Source: Bugula neritina
Lineage: Eukaryota > Animalia > Bryozoa
Length of the DNA: 64,000 nucleotides
Reading direction: 5' to 3'
Assembly: GCA_964035545.1 (NCBI GenBank)
Contig: OZ037770.1
Coordinates: 13,134,642-13,198,641, forward strand
This document shows, one piece after another, positions 18,570 to 31,500 of the stretch (position 1 is the stretch's first letter; each line of letters opens with the position of its first letter). The position numbers and the translations under genes are program-made. The notes beneath the pieces were generated by a model that saw nothing but the letters and a program-made list of their open reading frames with translations, made no database searches and was not told the origin of the DNA.

Positions 18570-21500
18570 TTAGAAGACAGATCGAGTCTTTCTGTTTGCG
18601 AATCTGTTTTTTGGCTTTTTGTATCTCCCAGCAGAATTAGCTGGGTTCGAGGGGGAACAATTACCAAAACAGTTTTCTACATTATTTTCATTTGTCCCAT
18701 TTCCTCCTTGAAAATCCTTGCAGTTTCCTAAAGAAAAAACTATAAAATGTCAGAAAACCCTTATTAAAACTTTATAGAAATATCATGTATTGTAAATTAA
18801 CTATTTCATATAATAGCAATTATAGAAGAGCAATGATAACATTAATGATGCTGTTGTAGCTGTAGAAACAAGCTTTTAAATTTGGGTTGCAGCTGTTTTG
18901 TTCAATTATATAATCGTTTGATGTAAAAAAACTTTTAAAACACCATTTTACTAAAAAAATAATGTCAGACACCGTTTTATAAAACTATTTTATAGTAATG
19001 AAATACACTGTTTCAAATATATTTATTAGTCCTGTGTTACTTGGTAAGCTATGTAACTTTTAGCACAGTATGGTTGGAAGCATAACAAAACTTCTCATGA
19101 AACGCCAAAACATTACTTTGTGAAACTGAGGCTAATAACTGATAAATACTATTTTTCTTAAAAAGAAAAATAGCGCTTGAGCCTGCAACAACTTACCAAC
19201 ACAATTCCCGACATTGTTCCCATGAGCTTTACCATCTGAATTGCCATTGCCACTGTTATTACCAGCATTTGCTCCTTCACAGTGTCCTACACAGTTGCCC
19301 ACGTTGTTCCCTGAAATACCACTGTCTTGGAACAAACTTGTCTTACTTCACAATAGTCAAGTATTATGTAAGGAAAATGCATGATGAGAGCTTGGTATAG
19401 GTTATTGCATTGTGAAGATCAACAGCGGTGAGTATAAAGTAGCCTACACATTGTGGGTGCACAGTAAGTTCATAAGAAGCAAGTGAAATGCAAATGCACA
19501 TTTAATAAACAGTAAGCACATAGTAAATAAAGAGTAAGTATGCAGTAAATACGAAAATAGTCAATCTACAGTAAATACACATTAAGCATGCAGTATAAAT
19601 AAAAAATAAGTATGCAATAAATACAAGAGAAATTATTAAACAGTGTATAAACAGCTAGCGTTATGCGTATTTCTATTTTATTTTATGGTAGAGTTCCTGT
19701 TTTCATTTAGCCACACTAAGAAACATTCTGATTAAATTAGTTGCCCAGTTACAAACTTATCTTGTGCTCCTCTAAATCGTTATTGTGAAATCAAGTTCTC
19801 AGATTCTCGCATTTGATTTCATCTCCTTTTAACTTTACAACCCAAAATAATTATTATTTAATTACGCTGTACTTTTTATTACTAAGTTTATGACTTCAAA
19901 AAAGATTTTTGGGTGATAATGAAAATTTTTTTCGACATAAAGTCTCTCAGCTACACCTACCGTTGATGCCGTTCACATTATTGTTGCCATTATTGTTACC
20001 GAGACGTGTGTTCCGGCAATTTCCTACACAGTTTCCATTGTTGTTGCCGTTGAAAGATGGTAGACCATTTGTTCTTGTATTTCCGTTCCCATTTTGATTA
20101 CCATTGAATGTATTTTTACAGATACCTAAAATATAGAAAAGCGTTTGTTGAACATACTAAAGGTGAAGCGCAATCACGAGTAGACAATTACTTATCACTG
20201 GTTACTCCACACTCCATTATACAGAAAGCCAGCTGATATTTTTGCAAGTAATTAGATTAACAGTTGACAGATATTGTGTTTCAAGCAAAATATACTCACA
20301 ATGTTTATGACTAATTAAGGTGATAGTTCAAGCATAATGATTTATGATAATCTACAATACGTTCACCTTCCAGATGATTATAGGTATATTATGAAAATGA
20401 CTTTAAAAATCATTGATCCATTATTGATTAGCATTACATTGAAGTAGCGCACATCCTAAACTGCGTTACACTGGGCTGCATCCTACATTTTATTTTTTTC
20501 ACACAACACACACATACACAACACACACATACACAACACACACAACACACGCACACACGCACACACGCACACACAGACACAGACACACACACACATACAC
20601 CACACACCACACACACGCACAGACACGCACAGACACACACACGCACAGACACACACACGCACAGACACACACACGCACAGACACACGCACACACACACAG
20701 ACACACACACACAGACACACACAGACACACACAGACACACACAGACACACACAGACACACGCACACAGATAAAGTTATATAGATACTATGAACTTATATA
20801 CTAAACCATATAACCATACTACAGTAACATTATATTACATTATGCTAAATTTTTTATGTTGTATATTACCCCATAATGTATTTTATTACTATATACATTA
20901 TAGTATATTATGTTAATTAAATGCTCTATCATTTTGCAATACATTATACAATAATTATATTACCTAATATTACATTAAATTATATTCTTTTAATCAATAT
21001 CATATTATATTGTACTATACTAATATGCTATAGTATATTATGTTTTTAACAAACACCTTTTTCAATATTACAACTACATTGCAGTCATGCATGTGAAATA
21101 TACTGTACAAAAACATTTGTTACATTCAGTCATATATAATTAAAATGGTTATTGTAGAAATATGAAGCAGTTTTAGAAAATCAATTAAACAAAAAATTTA
21201 GTATAAATAGGAATATCATGATAATGACATACTCATAGTATTATTAGATCAGAAAGGTAGCTGTGTTAGGCTATGGTGGGGGTTGAAAAGGTCAAATAAT
21301 TTATTTTATATAGTCTAGTAATTTATTTATTTAGAGTAAAATATGAGGGAAACCTAAAAGTCACTTTTATACAAATACAAGTTGCAGATCTTCAATAGTA
21401 CCTGGGTATATGCCCTGCAAAAATATTATTGTATTGGTTGCTATTAGAAGATACTGTATATTTGCACAATTATTAAAGCATATACCGTACTTTCCTGCTT

Positions 21501-24500
21501 TAGTTTGAATTTAAACACTGATTTACATGTGAATGCTACTTATTAATTGATCCAATTTGTCTAATTGCCAACATAACTATTTATAGGCTTCTTATTCACT
21601 GTAGCCATAAGTTTGTACAGGTAGAAACCTAAGTTAAAACATATCGAAATATCTAAACAAAATAGCTCGATTGATGCCGCTTTGAGTTTGCATTTATACG
21701 TACAGTACGTAATGCTGTTGCTACTCTACTTCGCTATACCATCAGTATCTTCACTGTGCAATTGTACTAATAAGACGTCAGCTGCTGTGGCCAACACTTG
21801 CTATCAGCTGACGTCTAAATCAATGACTCATAAAGAGGCAGCTGAGTATTGCGTAGAAACTTTCAAAGATGGCAGTCTGGCTGCTGTAACCAGTGAGCAA
21901 ATAGCTGACACCATAAAGGGTCTGATGGAGAACAACAGTGGTATTATTTCCGTGTTATATAATACGCTTTTTAACAAACTTAGCTATACTATTCTCATCA
22001 TATCTCAGTAGTAAAAGCTCGTTTTTATACCTTAAAAAGTTTTTCCTAAGTTATAGTTGTGAAATGTTGAAAAGCTTTCATATGGCTTTGAGTAAAGTCA
22101 GAGTGCTAAAATAATCTTATTCCAGAGATATCATTATTTCACCATTATAGGCCTACTATAATAATATGTTACTGCATTATTATAAATTGTTATACTATCA
22201 TATAATATAGTCATATAATATATTTAATAACACATTAATATGTTATTGCATTGTATCTGTATATACGATTATACATTATATTATAATAACATATGCATAT
22301 GTATAGTATCTTATTTTATTAGTACATTACTACTATAGTATCATACATTGTATTATAAAGAATGTTTTGTTATAGGCTGCTATTATATTGTATTATTATA
22401 TTATTACCATCCTATAACACGATATAATCATGTTGTATTATAATTGTAAAATTAACATTTTAAAACATATTAATATAATATTGTTATTATATATCATCCT
22501 TTAAATAATATCTACTCACTTGGTTTTTAACGAGCTTTATGTTCATAATTATTTACACATTTTATAATTATAGAATACATCATATAAATCATTGTCACAA
22601 TATTAACGTGCATTTCCAATCTTCTATCACTTTTACCTTACCAGCTTATGTACAATGCCACAAAATATCAGAGAAACTGTATATAAATTGCATTAACAGA
22701 AAAACTATAAATTAACAGAAAAGCTACAAATAAAACTGATTTCCATAAACAGTAGCCTGTCCTGTATTATGCACTGCCATTTAATTACTAACAAATATTT
22801 ACTTAATTTAGTTATCCGAGCTGCCATAGGAGTTTATACAAACACATCTGACAGCTTTTGGTTGGCTGACGGAAGCCCGCTGAGCAAAGGGTATCATCCA
22901 AACATAAACAGGTTCAACGGTTTAGATGCAGGCATAAACTACACTTGGATTGTTAAGATTTCAGCTTCTAATGAACTCGTAATTAATGCACTAGATTTCG
23001 ATGATTATAGGAAAGCTATTTGCCAATGGCCGTGTATATCAGAAGCAGGTAAACATTTAAATCACTATAATTTCTCTACACTTTTAGATTACTCACTCTG
23101 AGGTCAAAGGTGAAACTAGAAGATACCAGTCACATGATTGGATGTCTGAAATACCTGTTTTAGCCAATGAAACTTAATCTAGCTAACAAAACCTTTTAAT
23201 CTTTGGCACAGTAGTCATTCTGTACAACAGGCATTAGCAGCTAAAGTTTGCCTATAATTTATTACACAACTTTTTATAGTATGTGACCTTTTAGCATGTT
23301 AAGTACCTAAGCTATATGTTTAGTTAACTAGTATCCTGTCTTTTAGCCTCAGATCAATCTAAGAAAATAATCCACACAAAGTTTGTGGAAGGAGATGACT
23401 ACCTATCGTACTGCCATACTCGGTACCATTACAGAGATTTAACCTTGACCCTGGCCAGAGCTAACTCTTTAGTAGATGTGTGTGGACTCTATTGTGCTAG
23501 GGATAGTAATTGCCACTTCTTTGGTCTGTACAATTTCTATAATTTATGCCGGCTGTTTGGGGAGTCCCAATCACTGAATGCTATCTACCTGAACCACTGC
23601 TATGCCAAGGTGTTTATGAACAACGAATCACATATTGGGGACCAGTAACAGTATCAATTTAAAGCAACTTTCAGTCATCACACTAGCAGCTAACTGAATT
23701 ATCCTTGATAGCTATCAAAAAATTATGTATCTTTTTAAGCATATAAGTCTTTATTGTTGTTAGCTTCTTAAATGCAATATTCTTATACATTCATTAAAAC
23801 AATTTATATGTGTTTGCATTAAAAGCTAATGGTTATTAATAGGCTGTGAATTGCTGTGGTCTATTGGTTAGAATGTTGACCTATTAAATACTAGATCATA
23901 GGTTTAAAACCTAATAAGGTCATTGGTGATGTCACAAAATGCACCCAATAACAATCACTCCTGACCAACAAAATATATACAGTACTTTTTTCCAACTAAA
24001 CCCTGAGCATCATGCAGGTACTCATAGTGATAAGGATTTTAAACAAACATAATCAGTTCTTTTATTTTCATTAGCTTTTTCAAGTTTTACCGACCTACTC
24101 TTTTGTATAATATGTAGTTACAATAGGTATCTATGGTCTTGAAAAAGATTTATAGTTAAAAATATTTTTTACAAATTTTAAATAAAAACTTTTCTCCTAA
24201 ATCTCAAATTTTAAATTTACTCTTATTTTATATTGTTTAAAAACTGCAATAAAATAACTCATACAATAAATAACTTTATAGAATAAAGTATTTACTGGAT
24301 AAATACAAAAGTACTCTTTAACATTGATTTTAAATTAAACGCTTTTTAGTAAAAATTTTTTGCGTGATGACTCACCCCCTCCGCAGTTGCCATTATTGTT
24401 CCCGTTTCCACCATTGGGGAACCCCTGATTGTAGTTGCCATTAATATTTCCGTTATTATTGTTGACACAAGTGCCTCCGGGACAGTTGCCGTTGTTGTTG

Positions 24501-26126
24501 CCGTTTCCAGCTGGAATCTTTATAATCCCTTCCTGATTTACAAGAGCAAAAAGCAAAAGTTTTTAATATTGCCAAGTCATCAAAGTAACGACAAAAATAT
24601 TGTAATACTTGTAAGGCTATTCTTAGTATTGTTATACTTATTTATAGCGAGGCATGCAAACTACAAAATGTTTATGTTCTTTATATCAAGTGTTTCGTCA
24701 AGTTGCTTCAAGTGCTTCAAGTTACTATATTTTGAGATGAAAGAGTATAAATTATTTTCAGCAACAGGTAAAACATCTCTGTGTTTTAATCTGCTATGAA
24801 GAAGAATACTGCCACTTCAACATCTACTTGGTGATTAATAGGCAGTTTATATTTTAATTCACAATGTTTTGAAGGTGATTGTTTAAATTTATAAACTATG
24901 AAAGCTATGTATTTTTGAGACTACAATTTTATTTGTTTTGTCATCGCAAGTTTAGAAAATAGCTCATCTAGAATTATAACTTGAAAAGTCCAAACTTTTA
25001 CACAGCCACTCTTTTTTTCAAAATAAAATAGACTTGCATCATTTTAAGAAAAAAAGCAAAATTATTAAATTGTTTATAATAAACAGAAAGTGTTTTCTAA
25101 GCTGCAGGAAGGGAACATGAAAGGAGAAAAGGCAGGGCAATAAAACTCAAAAACCAGACAAACAAAACAAACAAGCCGTGGCCCAGGAAACAAAGACTAA
25201 CTACAAATATTTATTTTATTTAAACTGACAGAGAAATTTACCCAATATCGTTTCAGATTGTGGATAAAGTCAGCCTACATATTGTAAAGCAGATAAAAAC
25301 ATTAAGTATAAGTTTCTTTAGATTTCTTTTAGACTAAGGAGTTGTTTTCTCTCTCAATTTTGATGGCTTTGAATTAGCACTATTACTAGAGCATGTCGTA
25401 AGCTCTCTAATACTGATTTATTTGACTCAGTTTTAATTTAAGTGGGTAGATGGTTTTGAAAGTATGCGTAGGCATATAATTGCTTTACCAAATACACATT
25501 ATAGTGTTGGTAAGAGCATTAGAAATGGTTTACAGTGAGAAAACACAATGAATCATCACTTATCACAACTGGTTCATACTGTTTCTTATTTCTTACTTAA
25601 ACTTTATTTCACCAACTCATTTAAACTTGCATTAAAATATTTACTGCATAATAAACTTTATGTTATATTCACTGAGGTTTATTTCTAACTAACTAAAAGC
25701 ACGCTGGTATGCCAACACATTACAATTTAAAAATATTATAATATTGAATAAATGGGCAGAGCCAAAATATAACACTTCATACTTTAATCTACAGTTTTAT
25801 GCTTTATATGAGCCAAAAATTCAAGTTATATGAAATTACTTACAATTCAACTTACAACTATTCTATTAATTGTATTTGTGGCCTAAACATATCTGATAAA
25901 TAATTCCATTTACCTAACTTACTCATGTGAATGGTGAGCAAATTGCATGTACTCAAGGAGTTTAGCTGTATACCATACTTGTATATATAAAAATACTTAC
26001 AACGTTTATGGGACGAGGTGTTCCAGTGCCAGCTCTGGTGGTAAATCTATAAACAGGAGTTGAGGCTACCATTGCTAGGGTAGTGAGGCAACACACCAAT
26101 ACAAGTAGCAGTTTGTAAGCAGCCAT
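18570..26126 (-). CDS. Secreted Asn/Gly-rich repeat protein with six Cys pairs and a basic C-terminal tail (~244 aa), unknown family
   Basis: Exons 26126-26001, 24532-24376, 20125-19961, 19325-19197, 18727-18570 (735 nt, in phase; exon 4 has an alternative in-frame acceptor). Signal peptide [22 protein letters not shown]; repeats [68 protein letters not shown]; ends [22 protein letters not shown] and Inr upstream. Confidence 0.88.
20501..20768. repeat. (CA)n / CAGACA compound microsatellite
   Basis: Direct reading; explains the Cys/Val ORFs at 20434-20766. Confidence 0.95.
21712..23648 (+). CDS. Secreted C-type lectin-like domain + PAN/apple-like domain protein (~255 aa), nested antisense in intron 2 of the GN-repeat gene
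   Basis: Exons 21712-21940, 22812-23048, 23347-23648 (768 nt, in phase). Signal [14 protein letters not shown]; CTLD TCYQL...EAAEYC...GSLAAVTS...IG...W.ADGS...AICQ; C-terminal [15 protein letters not shown]...LCRLF has PAN/apple Cys spacing. Confidence 0.85.
23853..23970 (+). mobile_element. Degenerate tRNA-derived SINE copy
   Basis: tggtctattggttag (A box) ... ggtttaaaacc (B box) ... aaggtcattggtgatgtca. Confidence 0.55.
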
Positions 26127-26156
26127 TTCTTCATGCACACAGACACTAACCAGATC

Positions 26157-26193
26157 AACTGACGGTTGCCTTCAGTAACATCTGGTATTTATA
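26157..26193 (-). promoter_or_regulatory. TATA box (TATAAATA, 26193-26186) and Inr-like TCAGTT (26162-26157) of the GN-repeat gene
   Basis: Canonical ~30-bp TATA-Inr spacing, ~35 nt upstream of the ATG at 26126. Confidence 0.7.
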
Positions 26194-26861
26194 CTCCGCC
26201 TCCGTATGTCAATTTATTCACAGTCTATATTAATGAGTTATAACTTTAGTTAAACGGTTTTGTAAACCTTTGATGCAAATTTTTATGTTGGCATGGCAAC
26301 CAAAGACAGTAATGAAAAACTACCCTGTTTGCTCTGATTGTGTAACAAATATTTTATATAATAAACATAAATAGTTTTAGTAGCATGCATATTAATAGAA
26401 AATATTTGAATATTTATGAACTTTCTTATTTCTTCCTCATTCCCATATAACTTTGGCTCAGTTAGACAAATTTCCTGTTTGTGGGCATTGGTCCTTCATT
26501 GTTTGTAGCTAAGAGTTTAATAATGAGGAGATTATTGGCTAAAGCTTAGAAGGCCACGGATAGATTTCCCTTTCTAATACTTACCAAGTCTCAAAGCCTA
26601 TATGACTGCCTCATTCACATAACTTCTCAAACGAAAACATAAGATTTTTTAGAGAAATAGAGTTTTTTGTGTCTGCTTACCTTAAAGCCAACTCCTGTTT
26701 GAAAAGGAAGTGTGATTATCTTCCTTCAAGTTGATCCTATATGTTATTAGTATTACTATCTAATAATGAAAATTATTATATGCAACTTAAGTTAAATACA
26801 GCTGCCTTTGATTGCCACATGGTACTTTAATAGAGCATTGTGAAAAAACTTTACCCCCCTC

Positions 26862-26920
26862 CCCCCTGGGATATGAACCCGAGACCTCTGGGTTGCAAGC
26901 AAGTGTGCTAACCATTGCAC
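26862..26920 (-). mobile_element. tRNA-like fragment (SINE head or tRNA pseudogene)
   Basis: Reverse strand gtgcaatggttagcacacttgcttgcaacccagaggtctcgggttcatatccc has A/B-box-like motifs but no acceptor stem; flanked by C and G homopolymers. Confidence 0.55.
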
Positions 26921-27193
26921 GGGGGGGGGGGGGGCTGCTGGGTTAACTCAACACTACAAACATTTTTAAGAGTAATGAATCCTTTTTTTAGTTGTGTACT
27001 GCAGACTAAGATAGAAGTTCATGGTGTGACCAGCCTTTGAACATTTAGTTTAATTTTGTTAGATTCTTTTACTGTAAAACTATGACTCACTAAACTAAGA
27101 GAAACAAAAACCTGCATTTACTTATATAGTCTTTGCTACCTGCAGTTGTTTATGATATTTTATTGAGAACATTATGCTAAGCATGCTTAGTTT

Positions 27194-27205
27194 TCTCTCT
27201 CTCTC

Positions 27206-27262
<57 letters not shown>
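27194..27262. repeat. (CT)n microsatellite
   Basis: Direct reading. Confidence 0.97.
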
Positions 27263-28522
27263 ATTTCCAAACTATTTTTATGCCCTTCTTATTTGTTTGG
27301 GTCCCATTAGTGTAAAACTTTAGCCTTAACTTCGATTTTTTTCTCAGCTATAGAGTTACTTTTCCGTAGAATACCTCTGCTTGATTATATGTTCCAATGA
27401 TATCATGGAACTTTTTTTATAGCATGGTGAATATGAAATTAACAATTTCAGCAAGACTCCCTTCTGCATCATTAGAAATAAAAGTATTTAAAATGAAGTA
27501 TTATTCATCTTGAGTATTATATATTAATAGCGCAGCTTTGCTCTCCTATTTCATGAAACTTATTATCGTTATTATTCAATTTCATGCAGTCATTAAATAA
27601 CACTTTTGCCTTCTTGTATCATGGAGTGTGATGCGCATAGCTTTATTTATACCCTCCTCAGTAACTTTCAAAACATATGATAGGAAACCTGTTTTTACGC
27701 CAACTTTTCTAATTACAAAATTGACACAAAGTGGCTTCATTTTCATTTAATAGATCACTTTATAACACACCTGCTAATCGTGTGATTGAAGTTAACTAAA
27801 CTTGGGCTCATGATTTGCTTTGAGGCTAATTTATCAATTTGAAAATAAATAGGGTAGTAAAGTGCATACACCCGAAGTTACTACTATTTATCCTAAGGCT
27901 ATGCTCACTTCCTGGTAGGTGGACATGGCAATGTCAGTTTTGTTATAAATTTTACCAGCGGTTTTAAGTACCGCTGGAAGCTTAACTGTTAAACTTCAAT
28001 CAATCTTCTTGATGGAGTGTTTTATTTTTTGCATAAATCTTGCTACTGAGAGACTGGTACACACAAATCTCCAGAAAGATGAATCACAGGCCATAATTAA
28101 AGCAGACTGCCACGCCATGTTACCATTGGTTAATTTTTCTATTAGAGAAACATCTTTGTTCCAGTACAGTTTCCTTGTAATAAGATATCTTTAAGATTAA
28201 ATCATTTTGTTGCCCAACTTACTTGATACAAATTAGTGTTTATAATTTCTTTATAGATGAAGTATTATATAATCTTTCAGCATTAAGTCCTAAAATAAGT
28301 ATAGTTAATTGTTGCTATATAATTTCTGATTATGGTGTATAATTCATAATCAAAAAATAATTGAAAAAATTTATTTAAATATAATATATATTATATGAAG
28401 GTTTTGTTTTTAACATGCTTAATGTTTATTAAACAATAAAAGCTTAATATAGTAAAAGTGATTTGATTTTTATCTTGAAATAAATTGTTGAAAATTTGAA
28501 AAGATTAATTAAGTTTCACAGT

Positions 28523-31500
28523 TTAAGTAAACAACGCAGACGAGATGAAGGTAGTCAATAAGGTGGTGGAGAATGCTGTAGTTACAGACGAGGCAGAGCT
28601 GTCTGTCGTACTCGTACTAACTGGAGATGTTGGCCCTGAAGAGTTGTCTAACCTTGTAGGAGTTGAGCCAGGGGTGGATGTCAGTGCAGGTGCAGGGGTT
28701 GTCTCTTCGGGCTGACCTGATGCGAACCTAATACGACCTTCTTCAGTGGGATAGACCTTATTCAATGCTGCCATGTACTCTACTACCATAGCACTGTCAC
28801 TGTAGCCTGAAATACCCACAGCACAGTATAATAGTGCTTTCAACTTTAGTGTAGCCCAATGTTCTTCTAGTAGTATAATTATAACTTAATAGTTACTATT
28901 TATATTACAGCTAGTATAATTAACTGCTTTTTAGCGAGGTTTTCGTGTGAAGAGTGTGCTACATGTGCAAATTAGTTATTAAACCAGCTATTGACAAGGT
29001 TTATATGATATTTATTTTTATGAAGTGAGACTGACGGTGCACAAGGAGTTGCTCTCTCTCTCTTATGCTCTCTCTCTCTTATACAAATATTTGTCTAGCT
29101 AAATGTACATAGTATGTATACATGGATACACATCAAGTCATTCTACAAATTAATCTTCAGGTTATGTCATGCAAGAGAAGTTGTTTCCTCTTGTTTCACT
29201 ACCTGCATATTGTGGTGCCAAACATAGACTTGTAATCATGGTATGAAGGGGTATAAGTATGGGGCCAACTGTCATTATTGTGAGTTTTAGCAATGACACA
29301 TGAATGTTAAATCAAGTAATTTGAAAAAAGGTTAACAAAGACCACCTACCTAGGTTTTCAAAGTCTAGTCGTCCTGTTACGAGCACATCATACCCGTCCC
29401 CACCCAATGCCAGGAAACTAGTTGTCAGTACAGTGTAGTTGGCTGACAAATCTAGAGGCTCGTATTTTGGAACTTCACAATCGAGGCATCTCAGCTTCAT
29501 GTCTATGACCCTCTGTCCAATCGGCTGACTCAGGTCATACAGAATTTGTACTCCTGTATCAGATGACCAACACAATATAATATAGTAAATGTAATAGTGA
29601 GCTGCATTTTAACAGTTGTAGGATTGCAGTTCTGTTTCGATTGGAGTTATGCCTCAGCAGCTTTTGGTTCAGGTATAGCTTTGTGATAGCTGTGGACTGA
29701 GTGCACATGTGAACTGCTTGGAACTTCGATTTCATAGTGTGAACCTGACAAGTTAGAGAGATATCACACAGCAAGTAGTCAATCTAGACTGGATATTATA
29801 TTATCTCAATCACAAAGTTTTGATTCACTGTCCAATATGGTAAGTATAGTTATACAGGCTACTTTTATTCTTACAGTTCACACTGTTGCTGCTGCCGCTA
29901 TACTACCACCGCCACCACCACCACCACCACCACCACCACCACCACCACCACCACCACCACCACCACCACCACCACCACCACCACCACCACCACCACCACC
30001 ACCACCACCACCACCACCACCACCACCACCGACACTACTATTCTGCTACTACAACTACTACTATACTACCACTACTACTATACTACCACTACTACTATAC
30101 TACCACTACCACCGACACTACTACTACTACCACTACCACTACCACTACTACCACTACTACCACTACAGCAACAACTACTGCTACTCCTACTACTATTCCT
30201 GTAATGATTATTACACACTATCATGCTTTACCTGAAACCTGAAGAAATCCTCCATTATTAGCAGACGTATGGGCCTCGGCACTCCTCTCAAACACTTTCT
30301 TTAGAGTCTCACCAGACACTGTCACCGTGACGACGTCGTTACCAAAAGGCATTGAGGTCTTCAGACTTCTATAGCTAATGCTGCCTAAAGTTGTTAAATT
30401 CATCATTAAACTCTACAGGCTACATAACTTTCTGCTATTTCGTGATTTATCAAATAATTTAATTTTAATTTGTTTTTCTGGTCAACATGATATATAGAAA
30501 TAAGCCTGAAAATGATGTAAAAGTTATCTCCACTACACTTGATCAGCTTTCTCTTACCTCTATTGATATCAGCTCTTATACTCCCGGAATTGCTAAAAGC
30601 TATAGCAGCACGAGCCCATTTTATGTCAGTGCCAAACATAATGTTGCTATGGATCCAAGCATCACATACTAGGTTGCCTGTAAGTTTTATATTAATTCAA
30701 TTAAATTTAAAGTAAATCTAATTCAATATTTTTTTTATTTAATGTGTAAAAAAGAAAACAACATTATATTGAAATTTGAGGAACATTATTTTTTCAACAA
30801 TGTCAATTCTTTCTGATTTCTCACCAAAGTTGCATTCAGCTACTCTGCAGTTAGCGTTTAGCTTGACTGCACTCATGGCTACAGTCTCATTTCCTTTAGA
30901 ATCTATGTGTGCCTTGAGGGGCGCCAGCAAGGCCTCCATAGCTGAATCTGTTAGGAATTACCAAGAGAAACACAGCTAATTAAATTATTAACAATTTGTT
31001 TACTTGAAATCGCATCACTTATTCACCAAATATTAGTTCAGCATATGCACAAGTCAAGTCAATGTAACATCTAGCTCTTTCGGATTAAGTTTTTATAGAA
31101 ATGTGCAACCATGGTTTATTTTTAGCAACACTTGAAAACACTACAGCAAAATGTGGAATCTAAACTAGAACATTATTTTTATAAAACTATAACGAAATCA
31201 TAATTTCTATACCTTTTGCTACGGAGTTGTCCAGTAGAATGGGGTTACCACTCCATCCCGTAATCTCTCCGTTATCATCAAACATTATGTCAAGGTGGCC
31301 GAGATATTTTGAAAAGGTGTAGGCTTGTACACAAAGCGCTACTTTGCCATTGTTCTTTGTCACTCGGTACGGGTATGTTCCCAAAGGCTTCTCAGAAGAG
31401 GGTAGATTTGTACCTGGAACGCAAGCTATAGATTTTAAATCACTTTTAAATAAATGATGAAATATAATCCGCATGAGAGTCATTTGATTGATGATTTGTA

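Noticed and set aside
26862-26920. Functional tRNA-Ala(TGC)
   Set aside because: No acceptor stem and a degenerate T loop; better explained as a SINE head or pseudogene.
29837-30242. Poly-Pro and poly-His proteins
   Set aside because: Products of an intronic (CCA)n microsatellite antisense to NT5E.
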